IMG/VR virus record: IMGVR_UViG_3300027759_003534
Coordinates: 96,001-160,000 of that record
Origin: a virus
Length of the DNA: 64,000 nucleotides
Reading direction: 5' to 3' (one strand)
In this document: one piece after another, positions 50,180 to 58,354 of the stretch
How positions within the stretch are numbered: position 1 is the stretch's first letter
How the letters are laid out: every line of letters starts with the position of its first letter
Notes under the pieces: generated by a model
What the model was told of the DNA's origin: nothing
What the model saw: the letters and a program-made list of their open reading frames with translations, nothing else
Database searches by the model: none
Translations under genes and position numbers: made by a program

Positions 50180-50209
50180 AACAAAAAACACCCCATTTAG
50201 GGGTGTTTT
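50180..50209 (-). terminator. Rho-independent terminator
   Basis: AAAACACCCC-ATTTA-GGGGTGTTTT hairpin; on the minus strand it is followed by TTGTTT. Confidence 0.8.
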
Positions 50210-50227
50210 GGTTAAACTGATGTAAAG

Positions 50228-50395
50228 TTATCTACGGTTTAAGTAGTAGTTAGCAACGGCGATAGCCCAGAAGACCAATGCCGCATCAAATTCACCTTGA
50301 CTAAATTTTTCTGCTCCGGCAGCTGCTAGAATACCGATTATAAACCAATTAATTTCTGTAAAATTTCTTTGATACCACTGTCTAAATTTATTCAT
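50228..50395 (-). CDS. 55-aa membrane protein (not in ORF track)
   Basis: MNKFRQWYQRNFTEINWFIIGILAAAGAEKFSQGEFDAALVFWAIAVANYYLNRR*, with two hydrophobic stretches. Confidence 0.55.
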   Translation of the reverse strand: MNKFRQWYQRNFTEINWFIIGILAAAGAEKFSQGEFDAALVFWAIAVANYYLNRR

Positions 50396-50579
50396 CTTCT
50401 TCTCTATTAAGTTCTAAATCCTGCCCAACCATGTCTACCATGCAACTGTAGCAGGTAGGGCAAAATGCTACAGGTAATATTCCAAAGTGTCCTTGTATGC
50501 CACCTTCGTCGTCGGCAAACTCACAGGAGCATACATTACAATTGTGATCAGTACCTACATGTTCAAATCCTACAATCAT
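50388..50579 (-). CDS. Small CxxC...CxxC (zinc ribbon-like) protein
   Basis: CNVC...CPTCYSC. Confidence 0.6.
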   Translation of the reverse strand: MIVGFEHVGTDHNCNVCSCEFADDEGGIQGHFGILPVAFCPTCYSCMVDMVGQDLELNREEDE

Positions 50580-50974
50580 GGTGTTTCCTTAACAATGTTT
50601 TTGTATCCGGCCCAACTTGGATGAATACCATCTGGTTGTAGTCGGGTAATAGGTAATACTATATCTCCGTTTTCTGTTGCTACCTTACGAACAATTTCTT
50701 GAATGTCGGGCTTAACGGCCGGCAAGATCCAATATACCCGATTGGCTTTTGTTAGCTGTCGTATAGTTTGCAGTTCACTTTCTGTTTTAATATACTTGTG
50801 ATCGTTTGATCCTAAACTGATGATAACAGTTTTAGCAATATAAGGACTTTTGCCTACATTACGATCGACCCACTGTTTGCTATTGAGTCCTCCGGTGGCA
50901 TAGGCTACACATTCTTGCTTGAACATATGAGTTCCTACAGCAATACTATCACCCATTATTAAACAATCGATCAT
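50576..50974 (-). CDS. SGNH/GDSL hydrolase-like protein
   Basis: 'LIMGDSIAVG', 'ISLGSND', 'PDGIHP' (DxxH); start MIDCL at 50974. Confidence 0.75.
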   Translation of the reverse strand: MIDCLIMGDSIAVGTHMFKQECVAYATGGLNSKQWVDRNVGKSPYIAKTVIISLGSNDHKYIKTESELQTIRQLTKANRVYWILPAVKPDIQEIVRKVATENGDIVLPITRLQPDGIHPSWAGYKNIVKETP

Positions 50975-51198
50975 TTTGTATCTCTCAAATATGGTGGTAT
51001 GTCTGTGTCTGCAATAGCCAGGCCAAAATGTTCTTTGATAATGAGATTCCAAGGCCGACCACGGCCAAATATGTTGTAACTGTAGGCCAAGTCAGCACAG
51101 TCCTGAATGATCAATTGGGCAAACAAGTCTAAGCCTTCTTGATCAGGATTATCATCGATACCTGCGGCCTGTTTAAGTTTGTTAATATTCTCGTTCAT
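50971..51198 (-). CDS. Hypothetical protein
   Basis: 75-aa ORF coupled to its neighbours. Confidence 0.55.
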   Translation of the reverse strand: MNENINKLKQAAGIDDNPDQEGLDLFAQLIIQDCADLAYSYNIFGRGRPWNLIIKEHFGLAIADTDIPPYLRDTK

Positions 51199-51199
51199 A

Positions 51200-51319
51200 T
51201 TAAGTCTTTAAACATTCACTACGATGGATTACAGTGTACTCTGGTATGGTGCGCCAACTAAGTATGCCAACCCATATAGCCATACATACTGCAAATCCAA
51301 TCCAAAATTGTTTTGTCAT
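51200..51319 (-). CDS. 39-aa single-TM peptide (not in ORF track)
   Basis: MTKQFWIGFAVCMAIWVGILSWRTIPEYTVIHRSECLKT*. Confidence 0.5.
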   Translation of the reverse strand: MTKQFWIGFAVCMAIWVGILSWRTIPEYTVIHRSECLKT

Positions 51320-51387
51320 TCGCTAGTATCCACAGCAACAATAATAATTACTACCGCAATCAATACGAAAGTAATCCACATGGCCAT
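51316..51387 (-). CDS. 23-aa hydrophobic peptide (not in ORF track)
   Basis: MAMWITFVLIAVVIIIVAVDTSE*; start and stop overlap the neighbouring ORFs; AGGAG upstream. Confidence 0.4.
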   Translation of the reverse strand: MAMWITFVLIAVVIIIVAVDTSE

Positions 51388-51554
51388 TAGTAGTTCTCCT
51401 TAACGATGTAATATTGCGGCTTCGTATATTCTTCAACGATCCGTTGTTCTTTGATAAATCGATTCATTTCGGGTGCCGTAAAAAACATTTTATGTACTAC
51501 CGGCTTGTGAGTTGCAGTATCTACTACACTTAGGTACCAGGATTTGACAGCCAT
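51387..51554 (-). CDS. 55-aa hypothetical protein (not in ORF track)
   Basis: MAVKSWYLSVVDTATHKPVVHKMFFTAPEMNRFIKEQRIVEEYTKPQYYIVKENY*. Confidence 0.55.
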   Translation of the reverse strand: MAVKSWYLSVVDTATHKPVVHKMFFTAPEMNRFIKEQRIVEEYTKPQYYIVKENY

Positions 51555-51646
51555 TATTTTTCACTCCAAGGATCATATGCAGGAATCTCAACAAACAAGT
51601 ATAAGATACAAAGTAATGCAACAAAATTAAGTACAATATCGATCAT
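51554..51646 (-). CDS. 30-aa single-TM peptide (not in ORF track)
   Basis: MIDIVLNFVALLCILYLFVEIPAYDPWSEK*; ATG overlaps the stop of the VWA gene. Confidence 0.5.
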   Translation of the reverse strand: MIDIVLNFVALLCILYLFVEIPAYDPWSEK

Positions 51647-52938
51647 TAGTGTTGACTTTCTTCTTCATAGTAAGCGTATTGACCAAACGGTGGCACAATG
51701 CTTGTGGTACCGTGCATGATAAAAACTGTATCGCAATACTGCTCATCACCCCACGACCCATTAGGATAACCGTCTGTGAACATGATATGACGCTTGGGTT
51801 CAATTTCGTTAGCTTTGAAGTATTCAAATACTGAATCAAAGTCTGTACCACCACCACCGTGGATTTCATAGCCGGTGATATCATCCAAGTTCTCTGAATC
51901 AAACTGTCGAGGATTGTAAACCTGCGTATCAAATGATAATACATGAATGCGATATGCTGGAAATTGTTCCATGATACCTGCTACTTCACTTAGGAAGTCT
52001 TTGAGCATGCGTTCGCCCATTGACCCGCTAGCATCAATACTGACAGCAATATCAATCATTGGATCCAGCTTCATACCGGGCATAACGGCATCCATATGCC
52101 AACCTCTGCGACTGTTGCGCATCCAGGTGTAGTCACTCTTGATAGTGCTTTCTAATTGCATACGGAGCAATTCACGCCAGTTCATCTTGGGTGCAGTCAT
52201 GTCTTCAATAATACGCTTGACACCGGCTGGCAAGTTGCCTGCACCATCACTGGCACTTGCTGCGGCTAAGACAGCTTCTTTAATTTCGTCACGTATTTTT
52301 TGTTTTTCTTCTGCACTTATTTTAGGACGACCTTTACCCTTACCACTTTTTTCATCGCCATCACCTTCACCACTGGCATCGTTGCCTTCGCCATCTAAGT
52401 GTTCGTCTAGCATTTTGTCAATCAAACTGCTGATGTCGATCTTTTCGGCATTTTCGTACAAGATATCATAGATCTCTTCTGAACTCATACCTTCGTATTT
52501 GTGATCATATAAACAAGGCACACTGGTAATAAACTCGCCTACCCGATGTTTCTTCAAGTCGCCATTTACACAATAATCATTGGCAATATTAAACAGCATA
52601 GGATCACGATCTCCACGACGACCAAAGTGATCATACACACAATGCAAGACCTCGTGACCAAACAAGAATTCAAGTTCTTTGGGTTTGAGCAGCTCTACAA
52701 ATCGAGTATTATAATAAAAATTACGCCCGTCTGTGGCGGCAGTAGGACACCATTCGTCAGCATTTACTAATTTCAGTCTAGTGGCCAAGTTACCAAAAAA
52801 GCTGGCACGGAGCAATAAACCCACACGGGCAGTGATCAATTTTTCACGAACTTCACGATCCAATTTAGGATCAGTAGGACCACACAAATCTTTGAACTTA
52901 TCTGATTCTTTTTTGTTTACTGAAGTAGCTGTGCTCAT
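51646..52938 (-). CDS. Metallopeptidase-like + VWA domain protein (DUF2201-like; MoxR partner)
   Basis: 'TAATDG', 'HEVLH' (HExxH), acidic/Gly linker, VWA 'IDASGSM', 'GGGGTDF', 'FTDGYP'. Confidence 0.85.
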   Translation of the reverse strand: MSTATSVNKKESDKFKDLCGPTDPKLDREVREKLITARVGLLLRASFFGNLATRLKLVNADEWCPTAATDGRNFYYNTRFVELLKPKELEFLFGHEVLHCVYDHFGRRGDRDPMLFNIANDYCVNGDLKKHRVGEFITSVPCLYDHKYEGMSSEEIYDILYENAEKIDISSLIDKMLDEHLDGEGNDASGEGDGDEKSGKGKGRPKISAEEKQKIRDEIKEAVLAAASASDGAGNLPAGVKRIIEDMTAPKMNWRELLRMQLESTIKSDYTWMRNSRRGWHMDAVMPGMKLDPMIDIAVSIDASGSMGERMLKDFLSEVAGIMEQFPAYRIHVLSFDTQVYNPRQFDSENLDDITGYEIHGGGGTDFDSVFEYFKANEIEPKRHIMFTDGYPNGSWGDEQYCDTVFIMHGTTSIVPPFGQYAYYEEESQH

Positions 52939-52966
52939 AAGTGTCCTAATTATTAACTATACTACT

Positions 52967-52995
52967 ATTATATACGAAATGGAATTAATGGTCAA
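52967..52995 (-). promoter_or_regulatory. Sigma70-type early promoter
   Basis: TTGACC-17 bp-TATAAT, followed by AGTAGTATAGT. Confidence 0.8.
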
Positions 52996-53015
52996 CCGTT
53001 AGTTATTGCGGTATT

Positions 53016-54008
53016 TTAACATAGATCCTCTTTGATCCATTTATTAACATAGCCATCAGCCACAAGATTGCCTACAATACCTGTTAAAATTTTAGTCACC
53101 TGAAGAATCATATCGTTAACCCCGTTAATATGCCAATCAAATTTGTCTTCTTTGATTAGATTGTTCTCTTTTAAAAAAATTAAATCTTTTTTCATCGCTG
53201 AATATACAGACAATCTAATTAATTGAAAGTTAAAAAAATTTGCAGGTTCGTGTTCAAACGAGAGTAGTTCTTTATGCAACTGATTTTTATGTAGACGCCG
53301 TTTCAGTAAAGGGGTATCTATCACATAGCAACCACCTACAAGAAACGATCTCCAGGCCATTACCTTATCATGTCCGTATGTGCAATAAGATGTTGTCAAT
53401 AATGGAAAATCTTTGAATAACGATTTACGCCAGGCCATATTACTACCAATCAGACGGTCATCTCGATCTGTGATTACATCGGCATATTTTACAGACTCTA
53501 CTTTTATATTAGATAAGGAAAAATCTTTTGGCTTGCCTAGTGCTTTTCCTTGGCTGTCAATCATTAAAGGATTCACAAAAATCATAGATACGGTTTTATC
53601 TTCTTGGTTGAATGCCTTAATCAAAACCGAACACCGAAGAGGGTGTGAGATGTCGTCGCCGTGAGCTTGACACACCAACTCGCAGGATGCTTTTTTGGCC
53701 AACAAGTGTAGGTGATCTCTTATTAACTGTGATGATCCAATACGCATCAAGACTGTGTGTTTTGATCCATGTTGACTGATGTAGTCAACTACTGCCCGAT
53801 ATGCAACAACAAAAGTATCATCGGTAGAAGCGTCATCTGATATCAGGATCTCGGCCACTACATCTTGTTGCGCTAAAACTGAAACAACTGCATCGGCAAC
53901 AAATTCCGTACAGTTATAAATGGGCATGACTACGGAAATTTCTGGGTGATCTGCTCCTTGGTGAACGACTACAAAGTTGTCCTTATAGATGCTTGAATCG
54001 TTAATCAT
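53016..54008 (-). CDS. Glycosyltransferase family 2
   Basis: 'ISVVMPIYN', 'ILISDDASTDDT', 'AHGDDIS'; start placed at ATG 54008. Confidence 0.8.
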   Translation of the reverse strand: MINDSSIYKDNFVVVHQGADHPEISVVMPIYNCTEFVADAVVSVLAQQDVVAEILISDDASTDDTFVVAYRAVVDYISQHGSKHTVLMRIGSSQLIRDHLHLLAKKASCELVCQAHGDDISHPLRCSVLIKAFNQEDKTVSMIFVNPLMIDSQGKALGKPKDFSLSNIKVESVKYADVITDRDDRLIGSNMAWRKSLFKDFPLLTTSYCTYGHDKVMAWRSFLVGGCYVIDTPLLKRRLHKNQLHKELLSFEHEPANFFNFQLIRLSVYSAMKKDLIFLKENNLIKEDKFDWHINGVNDMILQVTKILTGIVGNLVADGYVNKWIKEDLC

Positions 54009-54651
54009 ACTCATGCCCGGGAATTCCAAGATTTTTTGAATATTCTTGCGTGTTGCGATTTATCAAGGTACTGGAGCCAATAAAACTTCCATCAGCAATG
54101 ATGATTGAATTCAATACCGTAGTGTTCAAACCAATATATGTTTGCGAACCAATTGTGGTCCTGCTACCCACCGTAACTTCGGCTGATATGAAGCAGTGGT
54201 CTTTGACCACACAGTGATGTCCTAAGTTAACACCGGAACGAACGATTGTGTTGTTGCCAATTGTAACAAAAGGTTGCACTACGGCGCCTTCGTATATTAA
54301 TACATTTTCACCAATGTTAACATTCGTTGCTACCATGGCTTGGCTGGATATGTAATTGATAAACCGGTAGCCCATGGTCTTGATTAACTCGTAGCGAGTT
54401 TGTCTGAACACGTTGGTGTTGTAAGGATTTGATATTTGAAACCCTGCAGGAAATATAAAATCAAATTGGTCAGGCGGAAATTCTTCCTGTATGTTTTCAA
54501 ATGCCACAACTGGAAGGTTTTCATAACTGGAGTTGGTAATCCTGTCTTGGTCCACGGTAAATGCTGCCACTTGGTAAGGACTGTCTACAGATAGATAATA
54601 ATGAGTAGTGCTGGCCGAATCCTGATTGCCAAATATTATTACGGGTTTCAT
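54001..54651 (-). CDS. NeuD/PglD-like sugar O-/N-acetyltransferase (hexapeptide repeat)
   Basis: Rossmann-like N-terminus 'KPVIIFG' plus hexapeptide repeats 'VNIGENVLIYEGAVVQPFVTIGNNTIV...HHCVVKDHCFIS'. Confidence 0.85.
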   Translation of the reverse strand: MKPVIIFGNQDSASTTHYYLSVDSPYQVAAFTVDQDRITNSSYENLPVVAFENIQEEFPPDQFDFIFPAGFQISNPYNTNVFRQTRYELIKTMGYRFINYISSQAMVATNVNIGENVLIYEGAVVQPFVTIGNNTIVRSGVNLGHHCVVKDHCFISAEVTVGSRTTIGSQTYIGLNTTVLNSIIIADGSFIGSSTLINRNTQEYSKNLGIPGHEYD

Positions 54652-54659
54652 TTTAATAC

Positions 54660-54965
54660 TTATGTATGATTTAGGTAGCGAAGCACAAAAAAGCTCATTT
54701 GAGCTTCGTTATAGAAGTCCAGATGTATCTGCGGTTCATAATGATAACGATTATGGAATCCTTCGCTTTTCATTACTTCCCACGTGTCTTTGTCATGCTC
54801 GACCAGACCTTTGTGATGACGTATGGTAAATCCTAGTTCACGTTTCATACGCCAGCTGACCAACATGGTGGCACGACCGTGTTCTTCCAACAAGCGATGG
54901 TGTAGTTCCTCAAACTCACGCACACTATGGAATATGATTAGATTCTTTTTGACAGTGGTTTTCAT
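54660..54965 (-). CDS. Small paralog-family protein
   Basis: Ends LDFYNEAQMSFFVLRY. Confidence 0.7.
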   Translation of the reverse strand: MKTTVKKNLIIFHSVREFEELHHRLLEEHGRATMLVSWRMKRELGFTIRHHKGLVEHDKDTWEVMKSEGFHNRYHYEPQIHLDFYNEAQMSFFVLRYLNHT

Positions 54966-54968
54966 TCT

Positions 54969-55190
54969 TTACACAAATCGTAATCTAAACATTAAGGCAT
55001 CCTGCTCATTGCTAAACCAATAACAATCTTCGTGTGGTCCCTCTACTACAACTGCCATGGTCATGTCTGGAAAATCCTTCCACCATGACTCATTCCATAC
55101 ACCTATATTGACTTGACACCAGAGCTCGCACTCGGTATAGTGAGTGTAAGTTTTAACTGGAATAGTTAATCTAGGATTACGATCAATCAT
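54969..55190 (-). CDS. Small paralog-family protein
   Basis: Ends YWFSNEQDALMFRLRF. Confidence 0.7.
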   Translation of the reverse strand: MIDRNPRLTIPVKTYTHYTECELWCQVNIGVWNESWWKDFPDMTMAVVVEGPHEDCYWFSNEQDALMFRLRFV

Positions 55191-55435
55191 TTGTATTTCA
55201 ATCTAAACAAGGTAGCATCCGCTGGATCAACAAAGTAAAAGGCCGCGGCCTCATCAAAGTAGGCACTAACATCCGATGTTTCGACCAACTCTGACCATAC
55301 TAAACTTAACTTATTTGCCCAACAGTATTTTTTCATTGCCCACATACGAAACGCAGGATCGTTGACCACAACCAAGTGACATTGGTCCAGTGCCGATTCA
55401 GCAGGTCTAGGTAGGGTGTAGTTGTTAACATGCAT
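55187..55435 (-). CDS. Small paralog-family protein
   Basis: Ends FYFVDPADATLFRLKY. Confidence 0.7.
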   Translation of the reverse strand: MHVNNYTLPRPAESALDQCHLVVVNDPAFRMWAMKKYCWANKLSLVWSELVETSDVSAYFDEAAAFYFVDPADATLFRLKYK

Positions 55436-55710
55436 TATTGGCCAAACTTTAATAGGAACATGGTGTACTTCTTTTCATCTATAACGGCATAGTCTAACTT
55501 TATGTCATCGCCATCATAAACTAGTTTAACACCATAGTATTCTTTAACATAGTCGTAGAACGTAAGAAAACCTTGCCCAACAGGTACCACTTGTGCTAGT
55601 GCATCGTATTCATTCTTAACTTGCTGTAAGCGCAGGAAGTGTGTAGTGTCACCACCTATGATAGTGTCTAATCTGGCGGCGGTGTTGATGTAGTATTCAT
55701 CCTGGCTCAT
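55435..55710 (-). CDS. Small paralog-family protein
   Basis: Ends YAVIDEKKYTMFLLKF. Confidence 0.7.
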   Translation of the reverse strand: MSQDEYYINTAARLDTIIGGDTTHFLRLQQVKNEYDALAQVVPVGQGFLTFYDYVKEYYGVKLVYDGDDIKLDYAVIDEKKYTMFLLKFGQ

Positions 55711-55984
55711 CTTGCCACCATTTGATTGTTTTTGCCTTGAGCTTGACTAAGGTAAACTCGTGAGGATCCACTGACCGATGTCCATGCCAGATTGGATGTA
55801 CTTGGTATACACCGTTACGATTTTCTACCCATACTCTACTACTGCGAGCCACAAACTCGTCGTGCGTTTTAAAACACATCTTGCCATTGTCTGCCGGGCT
55901 ACAGTTGGCCATACACCACCACCGCCACTTGTCTCCGTGCGGTGTACTGTTATACTTGGGATCTATTTCGTAATAGTAATTCAT
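55697..55984 (-). CDS. Small hypothetical protein (divergent array member)
   Basis: 95 aa, coupled to both neighbours; the C-terminal motif is only weakly similar. Confidence 0.6.
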   Translation of the reverse strand: MNYYYEIDPKYNSTPHGDKWRWWCMANCSPADNGKMCFKTHDEFVARSSRVWVENRNGVYQVHPIWHGHRSVDPHEFTLVKLKAKTIKWWQDEPG

Positions 55985-56199
55985 TTAGCCCACTTCAATT
56001 GAAAATATGTTGCCCATTGTTTGTCCTTAAAATCAAACTCCACTGTGGCCGGAGTTATTATATCATCGCCTAACCATGTATTTACTGCCGGAGTGAATCG
56101 CCAAGTGTAATCAACGTCACGACGCAGGCCTTGATCTGCAATTTGATCGTTGTATAAGAAAGCCTCGTGGGCTGTTTTAACTGTGATCTTCAACCCCAT
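55981..56199 (-). CDS. Small paralog-family protein
   Basis: Ends FDFKDKQWATYFQLKW; start placed at ATG 56199. Confidence 0.65.
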   Translation of the reverse strand: MGLKITVKTAHEAFLYNDQIADQGLRRDVDYTWRFTPAVNTWLGDDIITPATVEFDFKDKQWATYFQLKWAK

Positions 56200-56408
56200 T
56201 GTAACATGAACCAAGTGTAATCTTCGTCGCGGTCGAATATATAGTAAACTGTTTCAGCAGGACTATTAGGATCAATCCTGCACTTAAACGCTTCACGCCA
56301 ACGCCGTCCGTACTGTCTAGGCTGTTCTAAATTCTCAACAGGTAATGTCCGCCTGGCATTCCAGTATGCATGGTTAAACGCATCGTCTAGGACATTAACT
56401 CTAATCAT
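56190..56408 (-). CDS. Small paralog-family protein
   Basis: Ends YIFDRDEDYTWFMLQW; start MIRVNV at 56408. Confidence 0.65.
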   Translation of the reverse strand: MIRVNVLDDAFNHAYWNARRTLPVENLEQPRQYGRRWREAFKCRIDPNSPAETVYYIFDRDEDYTWFMLQWG

Positions 56409-56596
56409 GACCACCTTAACATAAACAACACATAGTCTGAATCCCATTCGAATTCAAACACACCTTCGCTAATGAACAACCAAGGCCCTTCACAATGCTC
56501 GTCGCACCATTTGATACAAGGTGTCCAACCTTGATATCTGTGACCTGACACTGGATCTGAATTTGCTATGGGTGCCATAACACTAGCTATTTTCAT
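56405..56596 (-). CDS. Small paralog-family protein
   Basis: Ends FEFEWDSDYVLFMLRW. Confidence 0.7.
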   Translation of the reverse strand: MKIASVMAPIANSDPVSGHRYQGWTPCIKWCDEHCEGPWLFISEGVFEFEWDSDYVLFMLRWS

Positions 56597-56844
56597 ACCG
56601 GATTACCGTGCCGTATCTTAAACCAACTCAATTCTTCGTCGCCACGTAGGTAAACAGTACAGCCGGCTAGTCTAATCTCAAATCCCCAATGCGGATTGTA
56701 TATAGTATCACGATCAACCTGTTCAGCTAGTCCATAAGTCTGCGATAGCCATTGCCTTACTGAGTGGAACTCCAACATTCGACCTATCCTAATTAGATAC
56801 TTAAAATGATTGTTCGGTCTAGTGTCTTCTAAGGTATAGTTCAT
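56593..56844 (-). CDS. Small paralog-family protein
   Basis: Ends VYLRGDEELSWFKIRH. Confidence 0.65.
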   Translation of the reverse strand: MNYTLEDTRPNNHFKYLIRIGRMLEFHSVRQWLSQTYGLAEQVDRDTIYNPHWGFEIRLAGCTVYLRGDEELSWFKIRHGNPV

Positions 56845-56856
56845 AGTATAAAAGGT

Positions 56857-56905
56857 TGGAGGGCGGTGCGAACACAGCCCGTGTAATACCGCTACACCAC
56901 CCTCC
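56857..56905 (-). other. GC-rich intergenic structured element with tRNA-like D-arm
   Basis: Minus strand GGAGGGTGGTGTAGCGGTATTACACGGGCTGTGTTCGCACCGCCCTCCA; outer GGAGGG/CCCTCC stem, GTGT-loop-ACAC arm and GTG-TTCG-CAC hairpin. Confidence 0.45.
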
Positions 56906-56913
56906 TTGGACGA

Positions 56914-57999
56914 CTAGGCGGATGCCTGTAAAATGTACTTGCCGTAGCGTTGATGGAATTCATCAAAGTTCTTGAGCTTGGTAGGCTGGAACGGTAAGTT
57001 GTATGTGGTAAGCGCAATTCTAGCACCCATAACAACCAACTCGGTTTCAAAGTTCTTCATCATGTAAGCAAAGAAATTATCGGCCATTTCATGGAACTGC
57101 TTGTCAGATACCTTTTGCTCAATTGCGGCTTTGAGCTCATAGCACATACTAATTACCAGGCTATACATAGCTGATACCTCTTTGACATTCAACTCTTTTT
57201 CCTTGCCTGCCAGGATATCTTCTGGCTTAGGCATCTTACCAGCAATCTTGCGGTGTGCCATAAACTTAACAGCAAGGCCTTCACCTACAGTGCCGGCAAT
57301 CAGGTTCATGATTGTGTCATCATCGCTGTCGTCATCTTCCAACAATTCGCTTACGAATGTCCATGAACGTGGTGTTGCAAAGGCGCGGCTTGCTGACTTG
57401 GCATCAAAATCGTAGAGATCCTGCTTGGCGTATGAAATGTAACCTACTACATCTTTGTGAATGTTTTTGTTCACTGCCCACTCTTGCCAGCTTGAAAAGT
57501 CACATTTCATTTCTTGATGAATGAAACGATTTGCAAGTGGAGTTGGCATACGATATGTGACACCTTTGTCACTTTCTCTATTGCCAGCAGCAACCATTAC
57601 TACATTGTCAGGCAGTATGTATTTGCCACTACGACGATTTAGGATCAACTGATAGGCCGCGGCCTGTACACTAGGAGCCGCACTGTTGAGTTCGTCAAAG
57701 AACACAACCACAATAGGATGCTGGCTAGCGAATTCTTCTGTAGGAAGATCGATAGGTTCGGCCCAGTCCATCTTGCCGTTGTCTTTATTATAAAACGGAA
57801 TACCACGAATGTCTGTCGGCTCCATCTGACCCAAACGAAGGTCAATCATTACACCACCAAGTTCAGCAGTGATGTCTGCTACCAATTCACTCTTACCAAT
57901 ACCAGGAGGGCCCCACAGGAATAGTGGGCGTTGTTTTTTAAATGCTTTGAGTAGACTCTTGCGAGCTTGAGTCGAAGTGACGGTTCTTGTTTCTGACAT
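56914..57999 (-). CDS. MoxR-like AAA+ ATPase
   Basis: Walker A 'WGPPGIGKS', Walker B 'VVFFDELN', 'AAGNR', 'PLANRF', 'ATPRSW'. Confidence 0.9.
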   Translation of the reverse strand: MSETRTVTSTQARKSLLKAFKKQRPLFLWGPPGIGKSELVADITAELGGVMIDLRLGQMEPTDIRGIPFYNKDNGKMDWAEPIDLPTEEFASQHPIVVVFFDELNSAAPSVQAAAYQLILNRRSGKYILPDNVVMVAAGNRESDKGVTYRMPTPLANRFIHQEMKCDFSSWQEWAVNKNIHKDVVGYISYAKQDLYDFDAKSASRAFATPRSWTFVSELLEDDDSDDDTIMNLIAGTVGEGLAVKFMAHRKIAGKMPKPEDILAGKEKELNVKEVSAMYSLVISMCYELKAAIEQKVSDKQFHEMADNFFAYMMKNFETELVVMGARIALTTYNLPFQPTKLKNFDEFHQRYGKYILQASA

Positions 58000-58047
58000 G
58001 AGGGCTGTGTCCTATAAATTGTGATTAAAATTAACTACTATACGACT

Positions 58048-58077
58048 ATTATACTATTAAAGAGATTTTTGTGTCAA
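58048..58077 (-). promoter_or_regulatory. Sigma70-type early promoter
   Basis: TTGACA-18 bp-TATAAT, followed by AGTCGTATAGT; upstream of the AAA ATPase. Confidence 0.7.
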
Positions 58078-58266
58078 ACGGTCAAAGATCTGCTGTTGTA
58101 AAACGACAACATCTTCATGGCTTACATAGAAGTCGGTGCGTGGGTCATAATACTCTCCAGCTCGGGGATCGTAGTATAGGACAGCACCACTAGGGTAATG
58201 AAAAGGTCCTTCTAAGCCTGCACGTGGGCCAAAGTTAGGATCATGTTGGAAAACGGTGTAAGCCAT
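58057..58266 (-). CDS. Small hypothetical protein
   Basis: 69 aa with a tandem YYDPR motif; AAAAGGAG Shine-Dalgarno. Confidence 0.7.
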   Translation of the reverse strand: MAYTVFQHDPNFGPRAGLEGPFHYPSGAVLYYDPRAGEYYDPRTDFYVSHEDVVVLQQQIFDRLTQKSL

Positions 58267-58295
58267 CTTGAACTCCTTTTAATTACTATACAACT

Positions 58296-58324
58296 ATTAT
58301 AGCAAAATGGAAATTAATGGTCAA
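58296..58324 (-). promoter_or_regulatory. Sigma70-type early promoter
   Basis: TTGACC-17 bp-TATAAT, followed by AGTTGTATAGT; very similar to the 52967-52995 promoter. Confidence 0.8.
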
Positions 58325-58354
58325 CCACCAGCGAGAATACTGTTTATCTACTGT

